From the NCBI GenBank assembly GCA_030141605.1, contig JAQGDQ010001080.1, positions 643 to 64,642 of the forward strand: a stretch of DNA of 64,000 nt. The letters run 5' to 3'. Below, piece by piece: positions 26,269 to 39,460 of this stretch. The translations under genes and the position numbers were made by a program. Every line of letters starts with the position of its first letter. Position 1 is the stretch's first letter. The notes under the pieces are model-generated. The model made no database searches and was not told where the DNA came from. It saw only the letters and a program-made list of their open reading frames with translations. Source of the DNA: Tubiluchus corallicola (Eukaryota > Animalia > Priapulida).

Positions 26269-27812
26269 ATGTGGCCAAAATTATTCTAGGAAAATTGCTC
26301 TGAGCAGGATTTAAATCAGCAATTTTGATCAGAATTGTATTTCTAAATTTAAAAATTGTTTGGTGGCGGGCCATTTCGTTAGTAATAGAGCTACAGTTGA
26401 TTTTCGTAAACACACAAATTTGCATTCTGGTAAAACGCATTTATGTCGTCTAAACTACGACATGAAATGTAGAAATTGGACAATAACTAGTTGTAAAAAA
26501 TAAAAACACTCTTTTTGTAACACCTACCCGTTACTAGGGTTCTTCATTCCCAAAAGTAGACCAAAAGTAGCAATAGATTGCACTTGAATTACTTTCCGAA
26601 GAAGCCATTATTTTTTAAGCGGGTATTGATGTTGAAGGACCAAAGACCTATCTGACAGAACTCTAATTTTGCTCTGCCTTTCCACAGTAAGGTGAAAAAT
26701 AGAGTAAACAAAACTTAGGCAAAACGTACAATTAACGAAGAAAGAGCCAAATTTAATTTATGAAAAATCAAACCTTAGGCTAGGCTAATAGGATACCTGC
26801 TAGCTTGTATAGTGTCAAATGATTCTCAGTTCAAATATAAGGACCAACGATGGCACCTGAACTACGAACACATACAATACTTTGTTTTAATAGTAAACTA
26901 GGTATGAAATAATTCTGTCCTTAACTGAAGCAGAGACTCTCCACGTGCAAATCACTTCAAGTTTGCCAAGCCGCCTCCTCTATGACTACCAATATGATTG
27001 CCAAGTTGTTTCTTGTAAATAATTTTTATTAATGTCATGTTACTTTATCCAAAGATGGCATGTCCTTCATATAACGCCTTCATATAATATTTGGCGAACT
27101 TTTGAAGGCCCACTTCAGGGTTAGTATACCACGTAAGGTTACACGATGTTACTCTTTTTTCCAACTGCTAAGATTCTGTTTAGACCTCTTTTGTTTTAAT
27201 TTCAACTCGTCACGAGTTTTCAAATTGATGGTGAAAAGCAAGTAGAGCAAAGAAAAACTAATGAATAAGTAAGTTGGTCCACTTTCTAGAAGACTCCTGC
27301 TAGTAATGCACAACTAAACTTAGAATTCAAAAAGTTGGAACTTAAAAATATCTACCTCACGTTGCTACGAGGCGCAAACTTCCTTGGATAATTTTGTGCT
27401 ATTTTTACTGCATTACTGTCTTCCGCATTCCAAAAAATGTTTGACAAGAACATTTCAAAACTAGAATAAGCAGACTGAGGGTAAATTATAAAAAAAAAGA
27501 AAGAAAAATGGTAAAATGAAACACTTAGCAAAATTTTACAGCTAACACTTACATGTTGAGTCGAAATCTAAGGGGTTAAACCAAAAATTACTGAATCATG
27601 ACTGACTTAATAATAACAACCAAGAAGAGAAAAATAAAATGAAACTGAAGCCGAACATGACCAGAACACACTGCCCTCGAATCTACGAGAACAGGTTACA
27701 CGCTCGAGAAAATTGGCCTAGAAAACTGAGCTCTGATTGGCCCACGCAATTTTAAATTCAATACACTGCATCGTCAGGAAGCCCGTCACAGATTGATCTT
27801 GCGACCCGCCAC
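26269..27812 (-). mobile_element. Possible highly decayed hAT (Charlie/SPIN-like) element
   Basis: Begins where copy-B homology stops; GC subterminal words ggcgggcca (26366) and ggcccacg/cccgccaca (27739-27812); weak minus-strand peptide VSASVKDRIIS near 26940-26905. Confidence 0.3.
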
Positions 27813-27914
27813 AATATCAACAATCCAGAAAGAGTTTATACTAATATTCAATATACTATGAGCAATCACTATTAAGTAGGTTACAAGAAGGCAGCAGGAT
27901 CGGCAAATTTAAAA

Positions 27915-29255
27915 TGAAAGCTTATATTCTATGCTATGTTTTACATAAATGCTGACAATCTGGCCTATAAAATGAATGAATTAAAATGTAAAGTTAAATT
28001 GTTAACATTTCATATTATTGAGGCGTGAGGTAAAAAAACCCCAACTTTTAATTAACAATGACAGTGTTTGCACTAGAAAATTATTGCTGCTTTCATCTGG
28101 CAAAAAAGCCAGAGTCATCGTTTTTTAGCTTTACACGAGTTTGACAGGGCCCATAGCCGATACAGAATTTGAGTTCTCAGAGTCACTATCATTGAAAATA
28201 AATCTTGGAAGTAGTCTGTTACTATGAATACTGTCTGTTAATTGGATGTATATACAGAAGTAATAATTGAAATGCAGTCAACAACTATAACTTAGTGAAA
28301 TTAAAACAGGAATGCATTACCAAAAAAAACAGATCAATTGCTTATAGTAGTAGACTTTAGTTACCTATGTATAAATTATCCAATCATATCGATTCCAGCC
28401 AACCAGCATTTCTAGGAGGACTTCATTAATTTATAATTGATGAACAGTCTGCAACAACTCTAGCACTTGGAATGAAGCTTTGGAGTCTACCTAATTTAGA
28501 TAATACGTATGAGACTGCAATGGTTCAGAATACTGATCAACTGGGATTAAGTGTAAATTTCAATTCTGTGCTTTTGCCTTATATGTCAAATAAAAATGGC
28601 ATTAATTCACAGGTGAATTGGAGTTATAATACAGCTGACTTTAATGCAGATTAGAGATGAATCTGTTACGTGGAAAATATCAGATGGAGAAGTTTGTGTA
28701 GGCATGGGTCGATTTTGCAACTCAGACGAACAACGGGTGGCAGAAATGGCAAAACTATTCCAGTTACTGGCAGCTTTTTTTGCGGGAGAAGAGACATTTC
28801 TGGAAATGGTATTGCGCGATCGTTTCCAATGAAAAAACATCAGAATATAACAGAGCATGAAACTGAAATAACGTATGAAATCAGGAAGCAGAGAAAAGAT
28901 TATGAAAGACATATTGTACATAATACCAAAAACAATCCAAGAGCCAAATATTAACTACAGGAAGGGATTGGTGAACTCCACAAAGTGCTAAATGATAATA
29001 ATTCTGATTTAACTATTAGGAATGAAGAAAAAACAGAAACATCGTCTGAATGTTTTGCAAATGTCTTTGTACAGGTGGATCTTACGACATCCATAGCAAC
29101 TTTGCAACCATTGATGCCTGGGGCACTTAGAGGAAATCTGGTAATCATTGAGGAAATGGCATATGATGAGAGGTGACTCATAATGCTACCAAATCAGAGA
29201 GATTGGACGGTATGCATCCACGTCTATTATAAGAAATGGCAAATGAAATGAAAGG
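27915..29255 (+). mobile_element. Decayed CR1-clade LINE ORF2 (APE and pre-RT region, internally deleted)
   Basis: Peptides YINADNLAYKMNELK, LIGCIYRS, YERHIVHNTKNNP, NEEKTETSSECFANVF and LDGMHPRLL*EMANEM occur in the order expected for CR1 ORF2. Confidence 0.8.
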
Positions 29256-31279
29256 CTAGCAAACTTACCAAATTTGTTATTAGCTCAAAGAAAAAACCCG
29301 CTCAGCTTATTCCAACATCACGCCACATCAGCTCATCATGGGACACACGCTGAGACGATATGCTAACAAATTCACTTACCCATCGTATCCATAATGAACA
29401 TGAAACCATCAAATACTATGGCCGACACAGCATGGTCGTTTCATTGACATCTCCAATTAATTTTATTCGTTGGCGCAGACACCCGACTATTGCTTCAATT
29501 TAAAACCATAGGAAGTTTGGGCATCAGAAAACGGCATATCAATACCTTTAACGAACAAAGCAAGTTCCGAAAAAAGTGAAACACCACATCACTAGAGGCA
29601 AAATGACAGCCTTGGTAAAATTGAGGTGGTCCTTAATATACATGGATATCAATTCCAACACAGCCGCTAGACCAGCTCACTTTCTATCATCGTTGTCCCA
29701 AACGAACGAAAAAGATAATTCAGATTAAAAATAAGAAAAGCTTCAAATTGAGAACATCTTTTTAAGGAATACTTATCACTTACAACATCACAATCTCGAT
29801 CATCCTTCAAGCCCCAGAAATTGGCGATAATTATCTCTCTGATTCACTGGGATAACATGTCATCTCATAAAAGGATTTTCAATGGTAACATATTGTAGCT
29901 GTTGCGTTAGTTGTGGTTTTTCTACGCTAGATGGCTGACTGATTCATCCGCCAATAGTAGACACGCATGCTGCACTCCAGAGCTGTCAATCTGTCTTACG
30001 CATGAGCACTCACGTGCATCGTTGCATTCATGCACGCATCGCTACACTCAATACGCCAGCATATGTGCAAGTGCACCTCGTCTCTGCCACGCTCTATGCC
30101 GACCTGCATGTCAGCATAAAATATTTTCACCATTTAGTGCATGTACACTAGCCAAAAATAAATGTTGAGAAATAATAGCAAATGCTGCATAACGAAAATT
30201 TCTAACAACTGCGTTAGTAAATTGCTGGGAAGAAAGTGCAGTCTCTGTCGGCTATAGCATTGTCTAAAACCGACTATTGCTTAAAATATTATTAATTATA
30301 AACCATACGACGTCTGGGCATAAAAACGACATATCAATACTAAGAAAAAGATCAAAGCAAGTCCTAAAACTTCCGCAAGTTCTACACATGCGTTACCGAT
30401 TTTTGTAAGAAGTGATCTGTACACCCCCTATGTTGAACTCCCTGTATCCATGCTTTATGGCGAGTGGATAATCATAGATAATAATAATAAGGCAAACAGA
30501 AGATGACGGTATTGTTATAGCAATGTATATAGCAATTGTTACAGATATGACGAACGCATTGTACGTTTTTACCCACTACCCGTAGAGTGACGCAGCATGT
30601 CACGCATTTGCACGCCTCAAGCAGAGGGGTACTCTGATTATAGTGTTATTCTCAAAGGTTGTAATAAGCTAGCAGCGAGAGGGGAAGAAAGGTATACCCA
30701 AGAGAATATTGCATGCAAAGTTATATTACATAGCATTACACTTATCTGGAAGACTTATGTAATTGGAAAAAAATTCTTAATAATTACAAGCAGTCCTCCG
30801 TCACGCCTATTACAGTCCATAGGGATCTGTTGTCGTTTATTTGATGCATCCGTGGCCTTCTAGTATATGTTGGTTTTGTCATAAAAATCTTAGCAGTTTT
30901 TTCTATAATATACTTAGTAACTTGGCCTTCTCATTTTAATTCAAACGCATTCTGCAAAGTTTCATTTCTGAAATCAATCTGTCATTATAGGCCAATTTCA
31001 TTAACCATTTTATGTACTGAAAGCTCATCTGATTAAAAAGGATGGAAATTCCACAAATAATTTGAATAAACATCCAAGATCTACCAGACCATTTCTTTTA
31101 AAAAATGGAAGTATGACAAATTTGTGAGAACAATATGCCCAAAGAAATTTGAACCATCACCAGCAAATTGCACCAGAACAAATTGGACCTTCCAAACCAA
31201 CCTTGTACATCAAAAGTAAATGAAAAATTAGGTTATTAAAGATTAAATAATCTCCGTCAGTTATTATCACAGCAGAATT

Positions 31280-32545
31280 TAACTGGCTATATTCGCCAGT
31301 CCATCATCTTGCCAAGTGACAGCAGAAGTATTGCACAAATATTTAAATAGTAGCACACTTCACCAGCCTAGTTTTTCGATAGTTGACATTAGAAATAGTG
31401 CAATAAATGGTGCACTTTACCAGCCTACCACTTCGCCAGTCTATTTTTTCGCCAGTCTGTTTTTTAGCCAGACCATCAGTTAGTCAGGCTATCATTTTGC
31501 CAGTTGATAACAGAAATACTGCAAAAAGGCATTAAACAGTAATACACTTCGCCAGTGCAGTACTTCGCATCTGACCTTTCGCCAGTTTATCATTCTCCAG
31601 TCTGTCATTTTGCCAGGTGATAAAAGAAATAGTGCAAAAAGTGTATAAAAAGATGTAGTCTTCGCCATTGAATCATTTCGCCAGTATTAGTTTGCCAGCA
31701 AGGCATGCCCTTAATATCCTTTCCCTATTGCACCTCTAAGCATTTCGCCAGTATTAGTTTGCCAGCAAGGCATGCCCTTAATATCCTTTCCCTATTGCAC
31801 CTCTAAGCATTTCGAAGTTCAAGAACTGTGATAAAAAGGACATCCGGTCGAATATTTGACATTCAAAATTTGCTGTTATTTCCTTTCTGCGATGTTTAGT
31901 TTGTGAGACAAGCTTCTTTTTGGAATAACTCAAAAACCAGAGTAACCCCAATCCGGTTACCTTTCCATATTAACTATGCTAACAGGTAGGCCAGAGGGCC
32001 ATCTTAGCGTGCAATTTCCGATGATTATCATTTGACCCTCCTGAGATATTTCCGGAAAACCATCAAAATATTTCCATTTTGGAGACTAAATTATTCCTAC
32101 AAGCAGCGCCACCTATTCAAAGGAAAAAAGACAGTAAAGTACTGTGACTTAGCTATCCATAACCGGCTTAGTCTTTTAACCTTAGACCATTGCCGTTTTA
32201 TAATTGCCTCAAAAATGTCAGGGTTATGGGAAGGCCTAAACTTTATTGCAGCATTGTTTAACTTTATCCACACATTACTCATGAAAGAAAAAACCTACCA
32301 GGATGGCGGCCATTGATGATAGTCACATCAAATTTCTATCCACTGATGTATCACAAGTTTGGCATCATACACAAAAATTTACTCTGACACACTGGCGATA
32401 TGATAGACTGGCGAAAAGACATCCTGACGCAATTATAGATTGGAGAAGTGATAGACTGACAAAAAGATAGGCTGGCGAAATGGTACACCTGCAAAACGAT
32501 AGGTTGACGATAAGCAACACTGGCAATATACTAACTGGGGAAGTG
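31280..32545. mobile_element. Element with mirrored subterminal short repeats (ttcgccagtc left, gactggcgaa right) and an unrelated core
   Basis: More than 10 (t)cgccagt-like words at 31280-31760 and their reverse complements at 32390-32540. Confidence 0.5.
31674..31814. repeat. 67-bp perfect tandem duplication
   Basis: catttcg starts at 31674, 31741 and 31808. Confidence 0.95.
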
Positions 32546-35500
32546 GGTGATTGAATAGCATCAACAGCAATCATGAAACATTTAGTTGGCTTTATAAGTT
32601 CCAATTTTCAGTGGTTGTATAACATAGTTTATGGTTTCAATGAGAAATTAAGTCGATTTGAAAATTTTCACAGACAGCAGAACGTCAATTTAATAAAAAT
32701 GAAACTGGCTGATTAAATATTTGAGTAATCACAGTACTAAGTACTAATCACTCACAAACAACTGATGCATGTGGTTTCCTAGAAAACGAAACCAATAATA
32801 AGTAAATTTATTCATTAATGACACAAAAATTAAAAATAGTTTGTACACAATACAAAAACTTTATATATAAATAAATGTTTGTCATCATGTTAAAAAATAA
32901 AAATGCATTGAATGCTAGACCAAGTAGAGCAGTGCGCAAGCTTTGCTTGAATATAAATAATCACTGCATATAGAATAGCTTACTTCGCACATAAACCAAA
33001 ATTTTCATATTTTGAAGGAAATCACACATACTGTACTCGAAGTTAATAATTACACTTCACCAAAGACTTTGTAATAGCGCACACGTTACACAATTGACAA
33101 TCATCATAGCACCTTTGCACAGCACATAATTTGCATAAATTGTCTAGCCTTGAGTTACGCCTATGAATATGACAGCTGTTGATCAACCTGACACGCATCA
33201 CATTAGCTGCAACTGCTGTTTAGCTCCGCCCAAAGCTTTCTCGCACTAGAAATCAGAATTCGAAATTGTTCTCAAAATTTTCTTGAAGAATTTTTTAATA
33301 AGGTTCTTTTAGCGAAGTTTATTCACTTTTTAAGTTTTTGTTCTGTCTTCTACAGCAAGTCATACATCTTACACTCATTATTCTGCCTTCCAGGAAGCGT
33401 TTGTAAACACATTAATAAACAAATTGTTACAAAATAAAAATAACACCGTTTTGCTACTGAGAAATGCTCAGCAGATCTTTAGACAAAGTTACACTTTATT
33501 TCTGTATGACTATCATTCTAAAACAAAAGAAAACGTTATATATTTTGAATTGACTTTTTTGTCCCACATGGTAATATACTATCGTAATTATTTTAGTGGT
33601 AAATATTTTAGTAAACGCGAAGCAGCGTCGAAATATTTCTTTGTTAAAGAAGAAAGAAAATTGTCGACTGCTGATTAAGAGACGCATAAATCATGAAACA
33701 GCTGAAACTTCATTTTGATATCGTGTTTGTAAACAATGAAGTAACAAAACACAAAACCTTTTAATACAGCAATAGTTCATACAGGTAAGTACTAGTAGGA
33801 TGTTCCATTTAGGGAGCGAACAATTATCATTAGGTAGAACGCTGCTCCTTTTTCACTCCACAAATCTTCAAAATCTGGCTTGTAGTGATACGTAAGTTTC
33901 TCATTTAACACTTGTCTACTTATTCTTAATTACAAAGTTGGAATGATAATATGATTAAAAAGAACTTTTTTAACACAAAACGCCAAATTGCAAAATTCTA
34001 TTGATGTAGTGTCTGCACACAAAAGACAGCAAAAGAATCATAAATCTTTATATTCTGAGTATTTTGAGCTGAGACATGCACTGCCGCCTACACACAAAGA
34101 AAGTTTTTAATCTTCAACAATTTTTTCTAGAATTCGCTCTTGATCATTATAATCTTCTTGGCACATTTCACAAAAGGCTAAACACTTGATTCCAGCTCCC
34201 TGTCCACGCAAGAGCAATGTAATTTTCATTGATCATTGGAGTCGTGTGAAGTGTTTACCTGAACGACAGATCACACCCTATACACAAAGAAAACTTTTCG
34301 TCTGTAAAATTTCTCTGCCTGCTTTTTTAATCACTGAAATCTGTTGAAGTACTGTATTGACAAACAGCTTATGCCCCACAACAAAGCAAGATTTCAATCC
34401 TTGCAATTCTGTCTAGAATTTAATAATGACTGACAATAATAATCTTTTTATTGACAATGACAATGATAATGACAATGTTTTTTATTGAAGTGGTACGGCA
34501 AATTTCACAAGAGAACTACTGGGTAATGACCAACCTTCCAAGTTCCAATTAATGCAACAACAATTAGACAATTTTGCGACTTTCTAATTATTGAGGAAAC
34601 TTTTGTGAACTACAACTGTTTTATTAAAATATTTTTTATTACTCTTGACCTTGTTGCTGCAGCTCTGCTGTATTCTCACTGTATATGTTGTTTTTGCTGC
34701 TGCTGCTTCTGCTGCTGATAGTGATAATGATGATGATAATTAAGATGTTGTCGCTCTACCTACAAAACCACCAAAAATTCATAAATTTATAAAAACTCAA
34801 TGCTTTTATTGTAAAACTCTACATATATTTTTAAAATTTAGACAAAGCAAAACTAGGAGAATTCTAACGAACAGCTAAATCTTTTCTCATGGAATCTTGA
34901 GTAATCAGTTCTTTATTTAATCCGTGAAAGGCAGCTGTCTGACAGCTCTGTTTATTTTAATATTCAATGTCAGCTTTAAGATGTTTGCAGACAACTATAA
35001 TCACAGCAGCTTATTATAAAATTTCATGCATCTCTTTGTTAGGCGGCTACAAAGCAATCAGAATTATTTCTCAGACTTAAATTATTAGAAATCATAATCA
35101 CTTAATTCAGGTAACTCTTTGCATCTAGGGCGTGTGGTTTGTCTGCAGCTCGCGGTTCCAATACTTTATAAGCACTTAAACAAACTGGAAAAGTTCTTAA
35201 GAAACAAGAAATACAAAATTTGTTAGAAAAATCAAGACTTTGTTAATAAACTTTTCAATGATAAAAAGTTGCATCATAAAAGACGAATTATAAAAACTGG
35301 TTAAAAACTAAAGTGGCGTCAAAGAAAAAAAGAAATTCTCTAGAAAGACACAACATGGCACAATTGACATGAAGTTGGAAAGACGCCAATCATCTATTGT
35401 CACCAGCCGTCCACTCATATATCAGCAGGTTGTGGGGGGACCGAAAACTAAACAATGCTGTAAACATGTTACATAGCTCGGCATCTCCAGCACAGGAGAA

Positions 35501-35689
35501 TCTCTAAACAAGCCTTTACTCGTCAAGTTTCTTTACATTTTATTTCTACAATTATGTTAATTTTAATGGTTTTGTTGCACTTTAATCAGTTTGCTTAATG
35601 CAGAGCTTTGTTCTTTAGATGTGAAAAGAAACAATCAGTTGTTGTGCAAAAAGTAAATGTTACCTAAGAGTCTCATCAGAAATTTGAAC

Positions 35690-37350
35690 TAATGCGCTGC
35701 ATAAACACACTTCTTGTGAAATTAAATTGACAAATCTTATCTGTAAATATTCTGCACCCAAAGAAAGTTCTTAAGCTTCATCAATCCTGCCTGGAATTTA
35801 ATAATAAGTGAAATCTCCAGAAGTATTTACCCGACAAGCGAATCGCGCAAAGCAAACAAAGGCTTTAATCTTCAACAATTGAAACTTTTTGAAGTATTAA
35901 GCTGAGATGCAGTTTATGCCGTCACGTCCTGAACACACAAAGGGGGATTTTGATCCGTAAAACCAATATATCTGAGATCAAGCAGTAGTTCAATAATCTC
36001 TCTTTTCCAATTTATTCAACAGATTTTACAACAATTTTGGCAGCGTGAGAAATTGTGGGTAACGACCAACCTTGAAACACCCACGATAAATTTTCACAAA
36101 CATTTGACTAAAACAGATGAGTTTGAAAATGTTTAATATGTTAGAAAAATTTTTGGCGCAGCTATTGTCTCAGTGATCATTGTTACTCATTACTTCTTTT
36201 TATTTTATCATAGTTCTGTGACATACACATACGATTATAGAAGTCTATAAAGCTGTAATACTATTAAACACATTTTTATAAATAAATTGCAGGCGGATTC
36301 GTAACTTGCATGAAAGATTGGTGAGACTTCTATACTTATTGTGGCGGTTTCATTTGCTCTGCTGCTGATCCTGGTTGTTTACATCGCAAAGAAATCGATG
36401 TTTCTCACACGAACATTGCTGAGACACCTCTCGCAGTTCAGTGGCTCATCTTCGGGGATTGCCTTTGTTAATGTGCCAGCTTCAATTTAGCCCACAAACA
36501 TCTCAATTTTCCAATACCATTACTTCGACATATAATTACGTTGTGAGTGTGTCATAATTTCAGAAAAGTTGTCCTGAAGTAGTATGTACAATAAAGCTCA
36601 AGTTTTAGAAGAAATATCTGACTGTGTAAACATTAAGAGTTTCTTCAAAGTCATTCAACACAAAGAGCTTTGAAAGATGCTGCAATGTTTATTTAAAAAC
36701 AAGTTTTCCTCCTTTGTGCTGAAGATGTGAAATATTCTGAATTTAAGCTAAGTTCTTGTGTCAATACATTAGCCTGGGAACTAAGAAAGAGACGTCAGGG
36801 AAAGAGTTAAGTAAATATAGCAGTATGATTACAAGGTTCTTAAATTTCAAAAGCCCGCATTCCACACCTGTGAAAGAGTTAACAAAATAAAGCTGAGCAA
36901 ATGCAGACAAGACTGTTAATAGTCTACGACATTCCAGGAAAATTGACCTAAACTTTTCTACAAAGGAGTGTGAAGTAAAAACATTTTTCATTATTCCGTC
37001 GCTTTCTGGTATAACAGCCTCTTTCTTGCATATGATTTCACCTTAACTCACGTTTAATATCACTTACTGTTTATGAGAAACTTTAAACTGTTTTATAAGA
37101 AAGTACTACATCCTTTTATACGTAACTGATTCGCGATAGCTAAACTTGTGCAAGAGACCCAACACAATGTGGTTTTCTACATCCTGATCCGGTGAATGCA
37201 AAAGTCAGAAATCCATTTGCTGCCCAGTTCCATCTTGGTGCAGATAAAATAATTACCTGCAAATTAAATGACAACACAAGACGACTTATGCAGTTTATAC
37301 CGCCACCATCACTCACAATTAAATTTGGCAGTGTATCAGGAAAATACAAA
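35690..37350 (+). repeat. Longest contiguous copy of the unidentified modular repeat family
   Basis: Segments match 7480-8630, 33960-34540, 13900-15230, 51290-53100 and, inverted, 42230-45450. Confidence 0.75.
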
Positions 37351-37582
37351 TTTATTTAAGATACAAGTTCTGTTGTCATTAATTTTCATTTCATGAATCA
37401 ACCAAAATACTTATTAGAAATTTTCATTACGCATGCATTTCATGTATTTTTTGGCATTCATTTTTGCGATCAAACCTGGGGGTCTGCGTAGAGCGTGGCA
37501 GAAACGAGGTGCACTCGCACACATGCAGGAGTAGTGAGTGTAGCGAAGCGTGCATCAATGCTCATGGGCAGAACTGGCAAAT

Positions 37583-37635
37583 AATTCATGACTCAATGTC
37601 TTCAATGAGAACTATTGAACGTTGAGTCATGAATT
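37583..37635. other. 53-bp hairpin (14-bp perfect outer arms) at a rearrangement junction
   Basis: aattcatgactcaa...ttgagtcatgaatt with inner ttcaat/attgaa pairing. Confidence 0.9.
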
Positions 37636-37636
37636 G

Positions 37637-39460
37637 GAGAAATAGAATAGCGCAAAGTTAGAAAATTTTATAGACTAAATGTAATTGTTTTGATATTTTT
37701 ATTAAGTATGTCATATTAAGAGGTCAAAAAGAAAAAAAATGCAGTTTTTACATACAAGGATACACAACTTTTAAGTTTATCTCACTTATAACCATTACAC
37801 AGAACATTACAAATAATCTGTTTTGCAATCTAACCTCATCTAACCACTGGTAAAATAAGCTAGTACACTATAAGTTTTCAAAAAGCTGTAAATCTTGTTG
37901 CTTTTGTTGTTGTTATTGTTTCTTGTTAAACATTTTTGTAGAGTATGTTTTACAAATAGAGCACAGGAAAAATGGCACAGGGAAAAATGGCATACCATGT
38001 GTTTATGGTTAGGGCTACAGTGGGGGGAGATAATTTTAATTGTTTTTAACTCTGTTTTGGAAATTGTGCTTCAACACAGTTTTTTGCTGTACCTCTTTTT
38101 TTTATCTCCACCTTGACAGACAACTGCGAGTTAGTTCGAGATTCCATTTCATGAAATTCTTGCTTGTAAAATTGTGTAGCGCTGATTATGATTTTTGCTT
38201 GTATATTTCTCAGTCTCGCCAAATTGAACAGCAAAAAGGTTGATAGACAATGTGTGGAACATTCGTGCATTATTGATCATATATCTGTTTAATGAACAAA
38301 TATTTTGAATGTTATTGTAAAACAAAAACAACTTCAAACTATATGTGACTATTTAGTAGACATTGTCAATGTACTCAAAAATTGTGACACAAGTAGTTTC
38401 TTACATAAATTCAAGCATTTTTTTATTATATGATGGTTATCGACAATAATAAGCAAACAATGAGAAACATGTTCACACGTTAATCAGTAACTCATTCAGT
38501 ACAGTATGGGTTTGTTACATTTTGCGTGTGTTCAGGAAATACTGCTCTCAGCTATCTGTAGATAGCAACTATCTGTACAGAAGACTCTGTTGCACTGTGG
38601 CCTTAAGCCTATTTTTGAAGAAAAAATGTGAAAACGACCGTAATTTGTCCTTGCCTGATCTGTTGCTTTTTCCTTAATTTATTATTATTTACTTGGTTGC
38701 TTCTAAAATTGTGTATTGATTTTGATTTAAATTTAATGCACCTACAATCGTTTTTTCTCAACTCATTTGGGTACTTGTTCACCACTACTGTTTGTTACTT
38801 ATTATATTTTTTCACCAAATTTATGTTGTTACTATTTTCTTCTCATTGTTCGATTTTTGTACTTTCTAAACTAAATTTAATTCATGTTTAATGCACCAAA
38901 TCAAAGCCGTATTGCCGTTTTTGTTAATAGTGGTTGGGTGCACAGTAAGCTTTTATTGTAGTGTAGCATTTTACCAGATTTTGCCATGTGCACAAAAAGC
39001 CTTTAGAGAGATAATATGTTGTGTAGCAGTTCTGATTCACTTAACTAACTTGTTGTCTCATATTGAATTTTCTATTGCAACATATTGTAGCAGTTGCATT
39101 AGTTGCGATTTTGTACACTAGATGGCTGACCGATGCTACCCGATGATATTTTGTACTTGGAGCACCCGCCATTGCTAGACATGCATGCTGCACTCCAGGG
39201 CTGTCCATCACTCTTACCCATTGAGCTCTCATGTGTATCGCTGCTTCCATGCACGCATCACTACACTCACTGCTCCAGCATTAATGTGAGTGCACCTCGT
39301 GTCTCCTATGCTGTACACAGACTTGCGTGTTTATGTAAAATATTTTCACCATCCAGAGTACGTACACTGCCCAATAATGAATGTCAAAAAGCAACAGAAA
39401 AGGCTGAATAATGAAAATTTCTAGCAACTGTTTTAGTAATTCCTGGAATGAAAAGTAATG
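37637..39460 (+). repeat. Duplicated block (partner 10372-12060)
   Basis: Colinear identity with the partner. Confidence 0.93.

Noticed and set aside
29270-29870. Separate gene downstream of the CR1 fragment
   Set aside because: Only faint similarity to LINE ORF2 C-termini (TIKYYG); too decayed to call.
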